Shown here: positions 1-10,544 of the stretch, piece after piece
Layout: the number at the start of each line of letters is the position of its first letter
Numbering within the stretch: the stretch's first letter is position 1
NCBI GenBank assembly: GCA_963845515.1
Contig: CAWJSR010000006.1
Span: 1 to 64,000, forward strand
Origin: an uncultured delta proteobacterium
GTDB taxonomy: Bacteria; Myxococcota; Myxococcia; Myxococcales; Anaeromyxobacteraceae
Length of the DNA: 64,000 nt
Reading direction: 5' to 3'
Position numbers and translations under genes: made by a program
Notes under the pieces: generated by a model
The model's input: only the letters and a program-made list of their open reading frames with translations
What the model was told of the DNA's origin: nothing
Databases searched by the model: none

Positions 1-2
1 CC

Positions 3-3000
3 GATGGCGAAGTCGCCACGGCGTCCCTCGTCGTCGCGCCCGCGAAGAAGGAGGCAGGCGGGCGCGCCGAGCTCGCCCTCGCCGCGCGCCCGCCGCCCGG
101 GCCGCGGGCGTGGGGTGTGACGGCGGACGTCGACCGGCTCGATCCGTCGCGCCTCTCGCTCCTCGCCCCGCCAGGGAGGGTGACGCTGCACGGGCGCGGC
201 GCCTGGAGGGGATCGAAGCTCTCCGAGCTGGCCGGGCAGCTCGACCTGAAGGTGGAGCGCTCGCGGCTCCGCGGCGGCGAGGTCGGCCCGATCGAGATCG
301 CGGCGACGGCCGGTGGCGGCAGGCTCGAGGTGGCGCGGCTGGATGCGAGGGCGCCCGGTGGTTCCGTCAGCGGCAGGCTCCGGTGGGGCGCGCGGAGCGA
401 GGTGTCCGGGGCGCTCTCGGTCACCGCCGGCGACCTGGGCCTGTTGGAGCGCAACCTGGCGGCGGTCATCGGCCGCAAGGTTCCGCACCTGGAGGGCTCG
501 GGACGCGCGTCGGTCGCGCTCTCCGGGACCACGAAGGCTCCGCAACTCGTCGCGAACGTCGACGCCGGCCGGATCGCCGTCGGGAGCGCGGTCGCCGAGG
601 GGGCGCACCTGCGCGTCTCGGTGGCGGGGCCGCTCGCCACGATCTCGGGCGAGGTGCAGGGGCGGTTGGCGCGCGCGCGCGTCGGCCCGCTCGCCTTCCG
701 GGCCGTGGAGCTCGACGCAGCGCTCGGCAAGGAGGAGGCGTCCTTGTCCTTCACCGCGAACGCGCCCCAGCTCGGCACCGACCTCGTGCGCGCGACGCTG
801 CGGGGCCGGTTCGGGCCGGAGCGGCGGTTCATCGACCTGGGCGAGGCGTTGGTCGCCTGGCCGGGCACGCGCCTCACGCTGGAGCGCCCAGCGAGGATCG
901 ACCTCGCCACGCCCGCCGTGAGCCGGCTCGCGCTCGCGGCAGGGGCGCAGCGGGTCGAGGTCGACGGGGGGCTTCGTCGAGGCGGGAAGCTGGAGGGAAG
1001 GCTCCGACTCGTCGGCATCGACCTGGCGCGCCTCCCGCGCGGCCTGCTCCCGGCCGACGCCGCGCCCGAGGGGATCCTGACCCTCGACGCGCTGGCCAGC
1101 GGGACGGCGGAGGCGCCGCGCATCGACGCCACCGTCGGAGTGACCGGCGCCTCGATCTTCCAGGTCGGGGGGCTGCGGCTCCGCGGGAAGATCGCCTGGG
1201 ACGGCGAGGCGGAGCGCGTCGGGGCCGACCTGGGGCTGGTCCGGGAGGCAGGCGGTTCGATCGACGTCTCGCTCGACCTGCCGATCGCCCTCGCGCGCGC
1301 CCGTGCACACGAGGTGCTGCGCGTGGAGGTGCGCGGCAAGGACGTACCCCTCGACGAGCTCGTCTGGCTCGCCGGCTCCTACGCCCTCGTCTCCGGCGAC
1401 GTCGACGTGACGATCGGGATCACCGGCAGCGTCGGCGCGCCGGTCCTCCACGCCAGCGCCGAGGCGCGGAACGGAACGTGGGACGACCTGGAGAAGCTGG
1501 GGCTCGCCGTGACGCTCGACGCGTCTGGCGGGCGGCTGAAGGCCAGCGGGAGCGGGACGCTCGGCGGGGCCGCCGCCGCTGCGCTGGAGGCAGAGCTGGC
1601 GCTGGAGCTCGCGAAGCTCCCCTCGCGGCCGCGCGAGACGATCGCGGCCGCGCGCAGGGGACCGCTCACGCTCGCGCTGCGCGCGCCGGGGATCGCGCTG
1701 GAGCGGCTCGCGGGGAAGCTTGGGCTCCCGACGGATCTGGACGGCCGGCTCGCAGTCGAGGCGAGCCTGGGCGGGAGCGTCGCGGTGCCGCGCGGAACGG
1801 CGAGGTTCTCGATCGACGACGGCGCCGGCTGGGGGGCGCGCCGGGTCGGCGTCCGGCTCGACGCCGCGCTGGCACCGGAGCGGACCGGCGGGACGATGGA
1901 GCTGCGGTTCGCCGGGAGTCCCGCGGTCAGGCTCGTCGGCGCGATCGAGCTCCCGCTGGAGCGGATGCTCGACAGGCGGGCGCTCGCGGCGGCGCCGGTC
2001 CGGCTGGACGCGACGGTGTCGCGGAGCGAGCTCGCCGCCTGGGGGGGAGCGCTCATCGCGCTGCGCGGGGTGGTGCAGGGGGCGGGCTCCCTCCGCGGGA
2101 CCCCGGGTGCACCGCAGGGCGAGCTCGCGATCTCGGCGGCCGGCGTCGTGGTGGAGGGGCGTCCGCTCGGTGACGTCTCCCTGAAGGCGCGGCACGAGGC
2201 GCGCCGCTCCACGGTGGGGCTCGAGCTGCGGCCGCCGGCCGGCGGCTCTCTCAGGGCCGACCTGGTCGTCGAGCAGCCGCTAGGCGTCGGGGCGGCCGCC
2301 GGGCCGCTCCTCTCGGCACCCTCGGAGCTGCGAGTCCGTGCGGAGAAGCTCGACCTGGCCTTCCTGCCGGCGCTGGCACCAGGGGTCGTGCGCTCGGCGG
2401 CCGGTGCGGCCAACGCAGACCTGGCGGCTGCCGGGCCGCTCGGCGAGCTCAGGCCGCGCGGCTCCTTCCGCGTCGCGAAGGGGCGGCTCGCGCTCGCCGA
2501 GCTCGGAGAGTGGACGGACGTGACCATCGAGGCCGAGCTGGGCGCCGAGAGCGCCGCGCTCCGGCGCTTCGACGTCCGCAAGGGAGTCGGGAAGGCTCTC
2601 GTTGCGCGGCTCGCTCGAGGGGCTCGGTCGCGCCGAGCCGGCGGAGCTGGAGGCGAGGCTCGAGACGAAGGACTTCGGCGTGGAGCGCGCCGGGATGGAG
2701 CTCGCGCGCTTCGATCTCGTCGCGGAGGGACGGGGACAGCTCACCCGCGAGGGGCTGACGCTGGGCGTCGTCATCCCGCAAGCGGAGATGAAGCTCCCCA
2801 AGCGGATCCCGCGAACCCTGCAGGAGACAGGCACGCGCAAGGACATCACGGTGGGACGCCCCAGGCCGCAGCGGCTCCGCAGGGCGCCCGCGCCGCCCCC
2901 GCGGGGGAGACCGAGGCCGGCCCCGCCGCGCCCGCCGAGCCGTTCCGCACCGTGATCCACGTGGTCGCGCCACGGCGCCTCCGCGTCCGGGCGGACCAGC

Positions 3001-3665
3001 CGCGGATCGACGTGGAGCTGAAGGCGGACGCCATCTTCGCCTTCGCCGGGGCGCGCGAGGAGGCGACCGGGTCCATCGAGGCGATCCGGGGCCAGGCGGA
3101 GCCGATCGGCGGCAGGGTCTTCGTGCTGGAGCGTGGCAAGGTCACCTTCAACGGCGGACCGATGGCGACCGGTGGGATCGACCTGGTGGCGCGCTACGAC
3201 AACCCGACGGCGGTGGTGCGCGCGACCGTGGGCGGCACGCTCCGCAAGCCGGTGCTCCACCTGAGCTCCGAGCCGCCGATGGAGGAGGCGCGGATCGCCA
3301 TGCTGGTCGCCACCGGGCGCACCGAGGTGAAGGCTGGCGCCGGCGGGGTCAACTCGCTCGCGGCCGGCGAGGCGGGGCTCGCGGCGGCCGGCGCCGTCGC
3401 CATGGGCGTCTTCAAGGACCTGCTCTCGAACAAGCTGCCGGTGGACTCGGTCTCACTCGACTCCACCGCGGTGAGCGCCGGGAAGTACCTCACCGATCGG
3501 GTCTACGTCGGCTACATCCGCCGCTTCGACGCCAAGCCCGAGAAGGGGGAGAACCCCGACGAGGTCCGGGTCGAGTACCAGCTCGCGCCCGGCTGGCAGG
3601 TCGAGACGCGGTACGGCACTGGGCAGTCCGGCGGGGCCAGCCTGGTCTGGACCCGGAACTATTAG
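3..3665 (+). CDS. tamB: Translocation/assembly module TamB (DUF490) protein, 5'-partial; compensating frameshifts at about 2600 and 2900
   Basis: Long amphipathic beta-strand repeats; TamB-like C-terminus (GKYLTDRVYVGY...EVRVEYQL...VETRYG...SLVWTRNY). Between about 2600 and 2900 the protein-like frame is ORF 2602..2955. Confidence 0.85.
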   Translation, partial: DGEVATASLVVAPAKKEAGGRAELALAARPPPGPRAWGVTADVDRLDPSRLSLLAPPGRVTLHGRGAWRGSKLSELAGQLDLKVERSRLRGGEVGPIEIAATAGGGRLEVARLDARAPGGSVSGRLRWGARSEVSGALSVTAGDLGLLERNLAAVIGRKVPHLEGSGRASVALSGTTKAPQLVANVDAGRIAVGSAVAEGAHLRVSVAGPLATISGEVQGRLARARVGPLAFRAVELDAALGKEEASLSFTANAPQLGTDLVRATLRGRFGPERRFIDLGEALVAWPGTRLTLERPARIDLATPAVSRLALAAGAQRVEVDGGLRRGGKLEGRLRLVGIDLARLPRGLLPADAAPEGILTLDALASGTAEAPRIDATVGVTGASIFQVGGLRLRGKIAWDGEAERVGADLGLVREAGGSIDVSLDLPIALARARAHEVLRVEVRGKDVPLDELVWLAGSYALVSGDVDVTIGITGSVGAPVLHASAEARNGTWDDLEKLGLAVTLDASGGRLKASGSGTLGGAAAAALEAELALELAKLPSRPRETIAAARRGPLTLALRAPGIALERLAGKLGLPTDLDGRLAVEASLGGSVAVPRGTARFSIDDGAGWGARRVGVRLDAALAPERTGGTMELRFAGSPAVRLVGAIELPLERMLDRRALAAAPVRLDATVSRSELAAWGGALIALRGVVQGAGSLRGTPGAPQGELAISAAGVVVEGRPLGDVSLKARHEARRSTVGLELRPPAGGSLRADLVVEQPLGVGAAAGPLLSAPSELRVRAEKLDLAFLPALAPGVVRSAAGAANADLAAAGPLGELRPRGSFRVAKGRLALAELGEWTDVTIEAELGAESAALRRFDVRKGVGKALVARLARGARSRRAGGAGGEARDEGLRRGARRDGARALRSRRGGTGTAHPRGADAGRRHPASGDEAPQADPANPAGDRHAQGHHGGTPQAAAAPQGARAAPAGETEAGPAAPAEPFRTVIHVVAPRRLRVRADQPRIDVELKADAIFAFAGAREEATGSIEAIRGQAEPIGGRVFVLERGKVTFNGGPMATGGIDLVARYDNPTAVVRATVGGTLRKPVLHLSSEPPMEEARIAMLVATGRTEVKAGAGGVNSLAAGEAGLAAAGAVAMGVFKDLLSNKLPVDSVSLDSTAVSAGKYLTDRVYVGYIRRFDAKPEKGENPDEVRVEYQLAPGWQVETRYGTGQSGGASLVWTRNY

Positions 3666-3743
3666 CTGGTGGTCGAGTGCCAGCTTCACCCTCTCGCCCG
3701 GCAGTCCTCACGCCCGGGTGGCTCTCGCGGTAATCTCGGCCCG

Positions 3744-4383
3744 GTGAACTTCGTGGAAGAGGCGGCCAGGGGCTTGACCCACGCGGCGGCGCTGACCGGC
3801 GCTTACGCGCCGCTCATCCTCTTCTTCGCCTCGTGCATCGAGTACGTCTTCCCGCCCTTCCCCGGCGACCTCGTGGTGCTCTTCGGCGCCTGGTACGCGG
3901 CGCACGGCGAGCTCTCCTGGCCGGCGACCTTCCTCTGGGTGACGGCAGGCGCGATCGCCGGCGCCGCGGTCGACTACAAGATCGGCGCCTGGATCGCGCC
4001 GCGGGTGGCCCGGCGCGCCGCCGAGGGCGGCCACCCCTTCGCCGAGAAGCTCGCGCGCTTCGAGGTGAGCTACCGGCGCTGGGGAGCGTGGCTCCTCGTC
4101 TTCAACCGCTTCCTGCCCGGCATACGCGCCTTCCTGTTCGTCGCCGCTGGCGCGTCCGGCATCCCGCTGCGCCGGGTCCTCCTGCTCGGCGGGCTCTCAG
4201 CGTGCGCGTGGAACGCGCTGCTCCTCGCCGCGGGTGCCTTCGCGGCCCGGAACGTGGACGAGCTGGTGCTGCTCTTCCGGAACTACACCAACGCGGTCTG
4301 GTACCTGCTCGCCGCTGCGGGGCTCCTCCTGCTCGCCGCGCTCGCTGGTCCGCCGCGTGATGCCGCCGAAGGTGAAGCCGTGA
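3744..4383 (+). CDS. DedA family membrane protein (frameshift near 4345)
   Basis: IEYVFPPFPGD and NRFLPGIRAF motifs; alternative frame ends RRVMPPKVKP-TGA overlapping the next GTG start. Confidence 0.85.
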
Positions 4384-5357
4384 TCGGCGTGCTCCTCGCG
4401 GCCCTCGTGGGCGGCGCACTCCCGCAGGGCAAGGCGCACTACCGCTTCGAGCTCGGCGGCGAGCCGATCGGCACCGCCGAGCTGCACGTCGGCTGCGCGG
4501 ACGGACGCTGCGACGTCCGCTGGTCAGCCCGGACGCGGGCGCCGGAGGAGGCCGGCGGAGCCATCCACGCCCGGCGGGTGGAGTTCGAGTCGGACGCGGA
4601 CGGCCGCTGGATCGGCGGCCGGCTCGAGGTCTTCGAGGACGGCGAGCCCTTCGACGGCAAGGGCACGTGGGGGGCCGTGCCCGTCTCCATCGCCGAGCTG
4701 GTCCTGGCGCGCGCACGCACCGACGAGCCTCCGTGCCTGGAGGTCTTCGACGAGTGGAGCGGCGAGCGGGGGAAGGCGTGCGCCCGCCGCGCGGGCGGCG
4801 CCACCTGGGAGATCGACGTCCGCGGGGAGCGCGAGCGGGTTCGGATGGGGGCCGACGGCCTCCCCGCCGAGGTCGTCATCCCGGGACAGCGGGTCCGGTT
4901 CGTCGCAGATCGTCGAGCCGACGTCCCGGCCAGGGCGCCGGTCCTCTTCGGCGTGACGGTCCCCGGCGAGGCCGGCGACGGCGAGGAGCGCCGCTTCTGC
5001 GGAGCGCCGCTCGATCCAGCGCCGCGCCCGGCGCGGCTCCAGCGTATCCCGTCGCCGGCGGCCGAAGGCGCGACGTGCCGCGAGAAGACCGCCCGCTGGC
5101 TGGCGCTCGCGACGCGGGCGGGGCTCACCGGAAGGACGGTGGTGGGGGTCGCGTGGGACGGAGCGGCGTTCGCCTGGCACGCGTGGGCCGAGGTGCAGGT
5201 GGACGGCGTGTGGGTCGCGGTCGATCCCACGTTCGGCCAGCTCCCGGCGCGGGGGCCCCGGTTCACGCTCGCCCGGTGGGCCGGCGGAGACTCGGCGGCG
5301 CGCGCCGCGGCGGGGCGGCGGGTCCTGGAGTGTTGGGGCCGGGCGCGAATCGAGTAG
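4380..5357 (+). CDS. Secreted transglutaminase-like domain protein
   Basis: Hydrophobic N-terminus; Cys-His-Asp triad (ATCREK...WHAWAEV...WVAVDPT). Confidence 0.75.
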   Translation: MIGVLLAALVGGALPQGKAHYRFELGGEPIGTAELHVGCADGRCDVRWSARTRAPEEAGGAIHARRVEFESDADGRWIGGRLEVFEDGEPFDGKGTWGAVPVSIAELVLARARTDEPPCLEVFDEWSGERGKACARRAGGATWEIDVRGERERVRMGADGLPAEVVIPGQRVRFVADRRADVPARAPVLFGVTVPGEAGDGEERRFCGAPLDPAPRPARLQRIPSPAAEGATCREKTARWLALATRAGLTGRTVVGVAWDGAAFAWHAWAEVQVDGVWVAVDPTFGQLPARGPRFTLARWAGGDSAARAAAGRRVLECWGRARIE

Positions 5358-5399
5358 AGCGGGCCCCACGAAGGCGGCTCCGGCGCTATCATCCCGGCC

Positions 5400-6056
5400 G
5401 TGGCGACGGTGAAGAGGAAGAGGAAGAAGAGGCTGGACCGGACCGAGCTGCTCACGCAGGCGGATCGGTTCCGGTCACAGGGGAGGCGCAAGCGCGCCAT
5501 CACGCTCTACCAGCTCCTCCTGAAGCAGGATCCGAGCGACCTCACCGTGCACGGAAAGGTGGCGCCGCTCCTCGTCGCCGAGGGGAAGCAGGCGGAGGCG
5601 ATGGTGAGCTTCCGCGCGGCGGCGTCCGGCCACGCGGCGGCAGGCTTCGCCGACCGCGGGATCGCCGTGCTCAAGCAGGCCGCGGAGGTCCTCCCGGAGG
5701 ACGAGTCGCTGTGGACCGAGGTCGCGAACCTGCACGTGCAGCGCGGCCGGCGGGCGGACGCCGTGAACGTGCTGACCGAGGGGGGCGAGCGGCTCCTGCG
5801 CAGCCGCTTCCGGCCCATCGGCGCCAAGCTCCTTCGCCGCGCGCTCGAGCTGGAGCCGTGGAACGTGAAGGCGACGCTGCTCCTCGCCAGGACGCTGACC
5901 CGCGAGCGGCGCAGGGAGGAGGCCGTCGCGCTGCTGGAGGGGCTCGCCCGGCGCGTCGGAGGAAAGGCTCGGCGCCAGGCGCGCTGGCTGAGCTTCCGGC
6001 TGAGCCCCTCCCCTGGTCGCTTCGTGCGCTGGCTGACCGCCCGGTTCGAGAGCTGA
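5400..6056 (+). CDS. Tetratricopeptide repeat protein
   Basis: Helical TPR-like units (AITLYQLLLKQDP, LLRRALELEPWN). Confidence 0.7.
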   Translation: MATVKRKRKKRLDRTELLTQADRFRSQGRRKRAITLYQLLLKQDPSDLTVHGKVAPLLVAEGKQAEAMVSFRAAASGHAAAGFADRGIAVLKQAAEVLPEDESLWTEVANLHVQRGRRADAVNVLTEGGERLLRSRFRPIGAKLLRRALELEPWNVKATLLLARTLTRERRREEAVALLEGLARRVGGKARRQARWLSFRLSPSPGRFVRWLTARFES

Positions 6057-6064
6057 GAGCCACC

Positions 6065-6880
6065 ATGAGATCCATCGTCATCAAGCTGGGCGGCGAGATC
6101 GTCCAGAGCCCGGAGCTGGACCTCGTCGCCGAGGACGTCCGCGAGCTCGTCGCGGCAGGAGACCGGGTCACCCTGGTCCACGGCGGCGGCCCGCAGGCGA
6201 GCTCGCTCCAGAAGCGGCTCGGCCTCGAGCCGAGGATGATCGCCGGCCAGCGGCAGACGGACGCCGCGACGCTGGAGGTGATGAAGTACGTCGTCGCAGG
6301 GCAGCTCAACGTCGATCTCTGCGGCCGCCTGCTGGGGCGAGGCGTGCTGCCGGTCGGCCTGCACGGTGCGTCCGGCCACGCGATCCGCGCCACGAGGCGT
6401 CCGCCGCGAGTCATGGCCGGCGCCGGCCCGGAGCCGGTGGACCTGGGGCTGGTCGGGGACGTCACCGGCTTCAACCTCGCGCTGATCGGCGACCTGCACG
6501 CCCGAGGCTACGTCCCGGTCCTCGCCTGTCTCGGCTGTGACGACTCCGGCCAGGCGCTGAACATCAACGGCGACACCGTCGCGAGCCAGCTCGCCGGTGC
6601 GCTGAAGGCGGACGCCCTCGTCCTGGTGACCTCCGCCCCCGGCGTGCTCCGCGACCTCCGGGATCCCGGCTCCCGCGTCCCCCGGATCGCCCGCGCCGAC
6701 TTCGAGCGGATGGTGGCGGACGGGACCGTCTCCGGTGGAATGATCCCCAAGCTCCAGGAGTCGTTCGACGTGCTGAGGGGCGGGGCCCGCTCGGTGGTGA
6801 TCATCGGGCGGCTACAGCGCGGCGATCTGCGCCGCGCCGTGACCGATCCGGGGAGCGCCGGGACGGTGCTGGTGGACTGA
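6065..6880 (+). CDS. argB: Acetylglutamate kinase
   Basis: IVIKLGG, VHGGGPQ, NINGDTVA, GGMIPKL motifs. Confidence 0.9.
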   Translation: MRSIVIKLGGEIVQSPELDLVAEDVRELVAAGDRVTLVHGGGPQASSLQKRLGLEPRMIAGQRQTDAATLEVMKYVVAGQLNVDLCGRLLGRGVLPVGLHGASGHAIRATRRPPRVMAGAGPEPVDLGLVGDVTGFNLALIGDLHARGYVPVLACLGCDDSGQALNINGDTVASQLAGALKADALVLVTSAPGVLRDLRDPGSRVPRIARADFERMVADGTVSGGMIPKLQESFDVLRGGARSVVIIGRLQRGDLRRAVTDPGSAGTVLVD

Positions 6881-6900
6881 CGCCGCGCGGGCGCGCGGGA

Positions 6901-7578
6901 TCAGTACAGGTCCAGCGAGAGGGTCGCGAGGACGTAGCTGACGGCGTCGAACCCCGTCTCGTTCGCGTCGTACACCTGCCGGAAGAAGTCGATCCCCACG
7001 CCCATGCCGCCCATCGTGAAGCCGCCGCCGAGCATCAGCTCCATTCCGTTGTAGGTCCTCCCGCTGCTGTCGCCTGCGAAGGTGTTGAACTGCGCGGGGC
7101 CGACGCCGAGGCGCGTGTAGACCCCCGCCTCCTGGGACCACCACGTGGTCACGAGGTCGAGGGCGAAGAACTGCAGGCCGTAGGAGGAGCCGCCGATGTC
7201 CACCCAGCTGCGGGTGAGGTTCATCTGCGTGCCGAAGAGGAGATCGCCGGTGCCCCAGCCGAAGCGGAGCTGCATGTTCAGCGTCGTGGGGGGCTGGCCC
7301 GAGTAGCCGAGGAACTCGTCGATGTCCAGGGAGGAGCTGCCGCTGTAGAGCGTCCCCTTGCCGGTGCCGAAGGAGAAGCCCATGTAGGCCCCATTCTTCG
7401 CCGCCGGCCGCTCGATGGCCGGACCCGCCGTCGTCGGCGCGGTCGGCGTCAGCGAAGTCGGCGGCAGCGTCGACGAGGGCGGCGGCAGCGGCGCGACGGG
7501 GACGTCCGCCCCCTGGGCGCTCGCGCCAGCCGGGACGGAGACGAAGATGGATGCGACGATCAGCGAAGTGATTCTCAT
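6901..7578 (-). CDS. Predicted outer-membrane beta-barrel protein
   Basis: Signal peptide, Pro-rich linker, alternating aromatic/Gly strands, terminal aromatic residue. Confidence 0.6.
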   Translation of the reverse strand: MRITSLIVASIFVSVPAGASAQGADVPVAPLPPPSSTLPPTSLTPTAPTTAGPAIERPAAKNGAYMGFSFGTGKGTLYSGSSSLDIDEFLGYSGQPPTTLNMQLRFGWGTGDLLFGTQMNLTRSWVDIGGSSYGLQFFALDLVTTWWSQEAGVYTRLGVGPAQFNTFAGDSSGRTYNGMELMLGGGFTMGGMGVGIDFFRQVYDANETGFDAVSYVLATLSLDLY

Positions 7579-7738
7579 GGCCAGGCTCCCTGCGCGTCGT
7601 GCGCATACGGCATGGCCCCATCGCTAACGCAGTGACGGCCCGCTCAGTAGCCCACGGACTCGTGACGCCCGGCAGGTGACACCCGAGCGTGGTGGTGGGC
7701 GCGGCCCACACACACGCGCGCCACCCGGAGCGCTCGCC

Positions 7739-9571
7739 TCAGCGCCCGAGCGCCTTCAGGATCTTCCCGGCGCTGGCGGCGAAGCGCGACTGCGCGTCGG
7801 GGAGCTCCTGATCCTCGGGGCCCGTGACGTGGGCGTCGCCGAAGCCGGCGTACATGGTCACCTTGAGGTCCTTGCCGATCACCGCGTAGTGCGGCTCCCA
7901 GCCGACGGTCGTGAGGATGAAGCGGTCGGCGGGGGCCTCGAACATCGAGAGGCCATCCGAGTAGAGCGAGGGTGGGTGGGTGTCGCCCAGGAGCGCGAGC
8001 AGGGTCGGGACGACGTCGACGTGGCCGGTGGGCACGTCGCGGACGCCCGCTGGCACCCCTTCACCCACGATGAGCATCGGGACGTGGACCTGCTCGTCGG
8101 TGACGGCTGAGCCGTGGCCGATGTGCCCCTTCTGCCGGAACTCCTCGCCGTGGTCCGCGGTGTAGACGAGGAGCGGCTTGCGGCCCCGCTTCGCCTCCCA
8201 GCGCGCGAGGAAGTCGTCGAGCTTCCAGTCGAGCTCGAAGGCAGCGTTTCGTGCGCGGCGCTCGATCTGGTCCGCCGGGGCGGTGGTCGCCCTGAGCCCG
8301 CCGCCCGCGCCGTCCCACGCCGGCGCGAAGCGCGCGGAGCGCTCCGGGTAGAAGTAGTTGAAGTGGGTCCCGAAGAAGAAGAGGAAGACGAAGGCCGGGC
8401 GATCGTCCGCCTTCGCGAGCCACTGCTCGGCGCTCCGGAGCATCAGCTCGTCGCGGTCGATCGACTCCTTGGGGCACCAGGTCTCGAGGTCGTCCCCGAC
8501 GCCCGCGAAGACCGTCTCCTTGAGCCCCATCCAGTCGACGCACGAGGCCGCGAGGACTCGGAGCTGGTAGCCGTTGGCACGCAGCGCGGGGAAGAGGACG
8601 GGCCGGAGCCCCGCGCCGACGCTCGCCTCGAGCTGGTGGGCGTTCAGGCCGTAGAGGAGCGAGAAGAGCGTGTAGTTGGTGGCGGAGGAGCCGGCGTAGT
8701 GGCGGGGGAAGACGGTCCCGGCCGTCCCGCGCTGCCAGAGGCGGGGCATCGTCTCGGCGTCGAAGTGGGTCGACGGCATGCTCTCCGCGACGACGAAGAC
8801 GACGTCCTGCGGGCGCGCCACCTTCACCGAGGTGGGGTCGACGCCGCTCGGGAGCCTCACGGCGGCGGTCCCGGCGCGGGCGAAGGGATCCCCGGTCTTG
8901 CCGCCGAAGATCCGTCGCGCGATCTTCTCCATCCGGAGCGGCGGCTGCAGCGGGAGGACGGTGGACGCGGCGAAGATGGCCGGGCCGGCGAAGTGCGTGA
9001 GCATCGCCCCGTAGACGCGCTCGCCGGCGGCCAGCAGGACGATCGCGGCCAGGAAGCGCCAGGCGCGGCGCGGCGCAGCGAAGCGGCGGATGAACCAGGC
9101 GCCGGCGGCCACGTCGGCGACGGCGAAGAGCGCGCCCACGCCGAGGAAGATCGCGACGTCGGAGAGCGGGATGCCCGTCTCCTGCAGCGCCGTCGGCTGG
9201 AAGAGGATCCGGAAGAAGAAGCCGTTGAGGTGGAAGCCGACCGCGGCGTACACGCGGCTGTCGATGGCGAGGACGATCGAGCCGAGCGCCGCGACCGACG
9301 GGGCGCCCCACCGATAGGCGCGCGTCCAGCGCGAGAGCGGGAGCGCGACCACGAAGAGGATCGCGCAGAGGAGCGCGGCCTGGGGGACGAAGGTCGGCCA
9401 GAGCGCCGCCCGGTACGGCGAGGGCGTGGCACGCACCGCGATCGCCACCGACGACGAGTAGAGGAAGAGGAAGAGCGGAAGGTGGAGCAGCGCCCAGAGG
9501 AGGGCGGAGTAGCGGAGCGCGGCGGGCGAGGAGTCCCCGCCATCGGGCGGGGCGAGGAGCTGGGAGGACAT
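7739..9571 (-). CDS. Membrane-anchored sulfatase-like hydrolase/transferase (YejM/PbgA-like)
   Basis: About five N-terminal TM helices, then VVAES, THFNY, TADHGEEF, VHVPM and HVDVVPTLL motifs. Confidence 0.8.
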   Translation of the reverse strand: MSSQLLAPPDGGDSSPAALRYSALLWALLHLPLFLFLYSSSVAIAVRATPSPYRAALWPTFVPQAALLCAILFVVALPLSRWTRAYRWGAPSVAALGSIVLAIDSRVYAAVGFHLNGFFFRILFQPTALQETGIPLSDVAIFLGVGALFAVADVAAGAWFIRRFAAPRRAWRFLAAIVLLAAGERVYGAMLTHFAGPAIFAASTVLPLQPPLRMEKIARRIFGGKTGDPFARAGTAAVRLPSGVDPTSVKVARPQDVVFVVAESMPSTHFDAETMPRLWQRGTAGTVFPRHYAGSSATNYTLFSLLYGLNAHQLEASVGAGLRPVLFPALRANGYQLRVLAASCVDWMGLKETVFAGVGDDLETWCPKESIDRDELMLRSAEQWLAKADDRPAFVFLFFFGTHFNYFYPERSARFAPAWDGAGGGLRATTAPADQIERRARNAAFELDWKLDDFLARWEAKRGRKPLLVYTADHGEEFRQKGHIGHGSAVTDEQVHVPMLIVGEGVPAGVRDVPTGHVDVVPTLLALLGDTHPPSLYSDGLSMFEAPADRFILTTVGWEPHYAVIGKDLKVTMYAGFGDAHVTGPEDQELPDAQSRFAASAGKILKALGR

Positions 9572-9693
9572 CGAGCGGCGGAACCTAGCAGGGGCAGGGG
9601 GCCGGGCCAAGCCGCTCCCGTCCTACGCTGCAAGCGGCCCCTTGCGGGCCCGCCGCGCGACCTCGCGCGACGGGCTCGACGGGGTAGAGGAAG

Positions 9694-9957
9694 CTACTTC
9701 AGCGAGCTGACGTACGTCGCGACCGCCTGCGCGTCGGCGTCGGGCAGGGCGACCGGCTTCATCTTGCCGCCGCCCTTCTTCACCATCTCGAGCACCTTCG
9801 CGACGGGGGTGCCCTTGATGGACTTCGGGACGATCCGCCCGCCTGCGCCGTCGGGGCCATGGCAGATGGAGCACTTGGCCTTGAAGGTCGCGGCGCCGTC
9901 CGCGAGGGTGGCGGTGGCGAAGGCGAGGAGGAAGAGCCCGGTGACGATGCGCTTCAT
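9694..9957 (-). CDS. Monoheme class I cytochrome c
   Basis: Signal peptide, CSICH heme motif, downstream Met (GKMKP). Confidence 0.85.
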   Translation of the reverse strand: MKRIVTGLFLLAFATATLADGAATFKAKCSICHGPDGAGGRIVPKSIKGTPVAKVLEMVKKGGGKMKPVALPDADAQAVATYVSSLK

Positions 9958-10221
9958 CGGTGTGTCCTTTCCGTTGGGTGATTCATTCGGAGGCGTGAGC
10001 AGTATGGCCCGGGTAGGCGGCTGATTCACGAGACGTGCCCCTAAGGGTGCCTATTCAAGCTCCCCCCAACGGACGCCAACAGAAGAAAGAATGGGCGTTG
10101 GCTCGACTTCTCGATGCGATCCGACTACACCAGCGCATCCCCTCCCGCTCTGGGAAGGAAGAAGTCCTGCGCGGCACTCACTGCCGCGCAATCACCGAGA
10201 AGAAACGAGAACAAACAGCAA

Positions 10222-10425
10222 ATGGCTAACGGTACGGTCAAGTGGTTCAACGACGCGAAGGGCTTCGGCTTCATCACGCAGACGGACGGTGGCGAGGATG
10301 TCTTCTGCCACCACTCTGCCATTCAGGCCGATGGCTTCCGGTCCCTCGCCGAGGGGCAGAAGGTTGAGTTCGACGTGACCCGCGGCCCCAAGGGGCTGCA
10401 GGCGGCGAACGTTCGCCCGGTCTAG
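10222..10425 (+). CDS. cspA: Cold-shock protein
   Basis: [32 protein letters not shown]. Confidence 0.95.
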   Translation: MANGTVKWFNDAKGFGFITQTDGGEDVFCHHSAIQADGFRSLAEGQKVEFDVTRGPKGLQAANVRPV

Positions 10426-10457
10426 TCGAACGCGCGCGTCGCACTGACGTGCAGGGG

Positions 10458-10490
10458 AAGCCCGGCTCCGGCCGGGCTTTTCTCGTTTTT
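10458..10490 (+). terminator. Rho-independent terminator after cspA
   Basis: AAGCCCGGC-TCCG-GCCGGGCTT hairpin followed by a T-rich tract. Confidence 0.85.
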
Positions 10491-10544
10491 GGAGTGCTAT
10501 TCTCGCGGCCTCGATCCGCTCCAGCGGGTCCCGGAGGGGATTCG

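Noticed and set aside
3669..5357. Apparent DedA-transglutaminase fusion (562 aa)
   Set aside because: One indel near 4345 explains it; the other frame ends DedA at a TGA overlapping the next GTG start.
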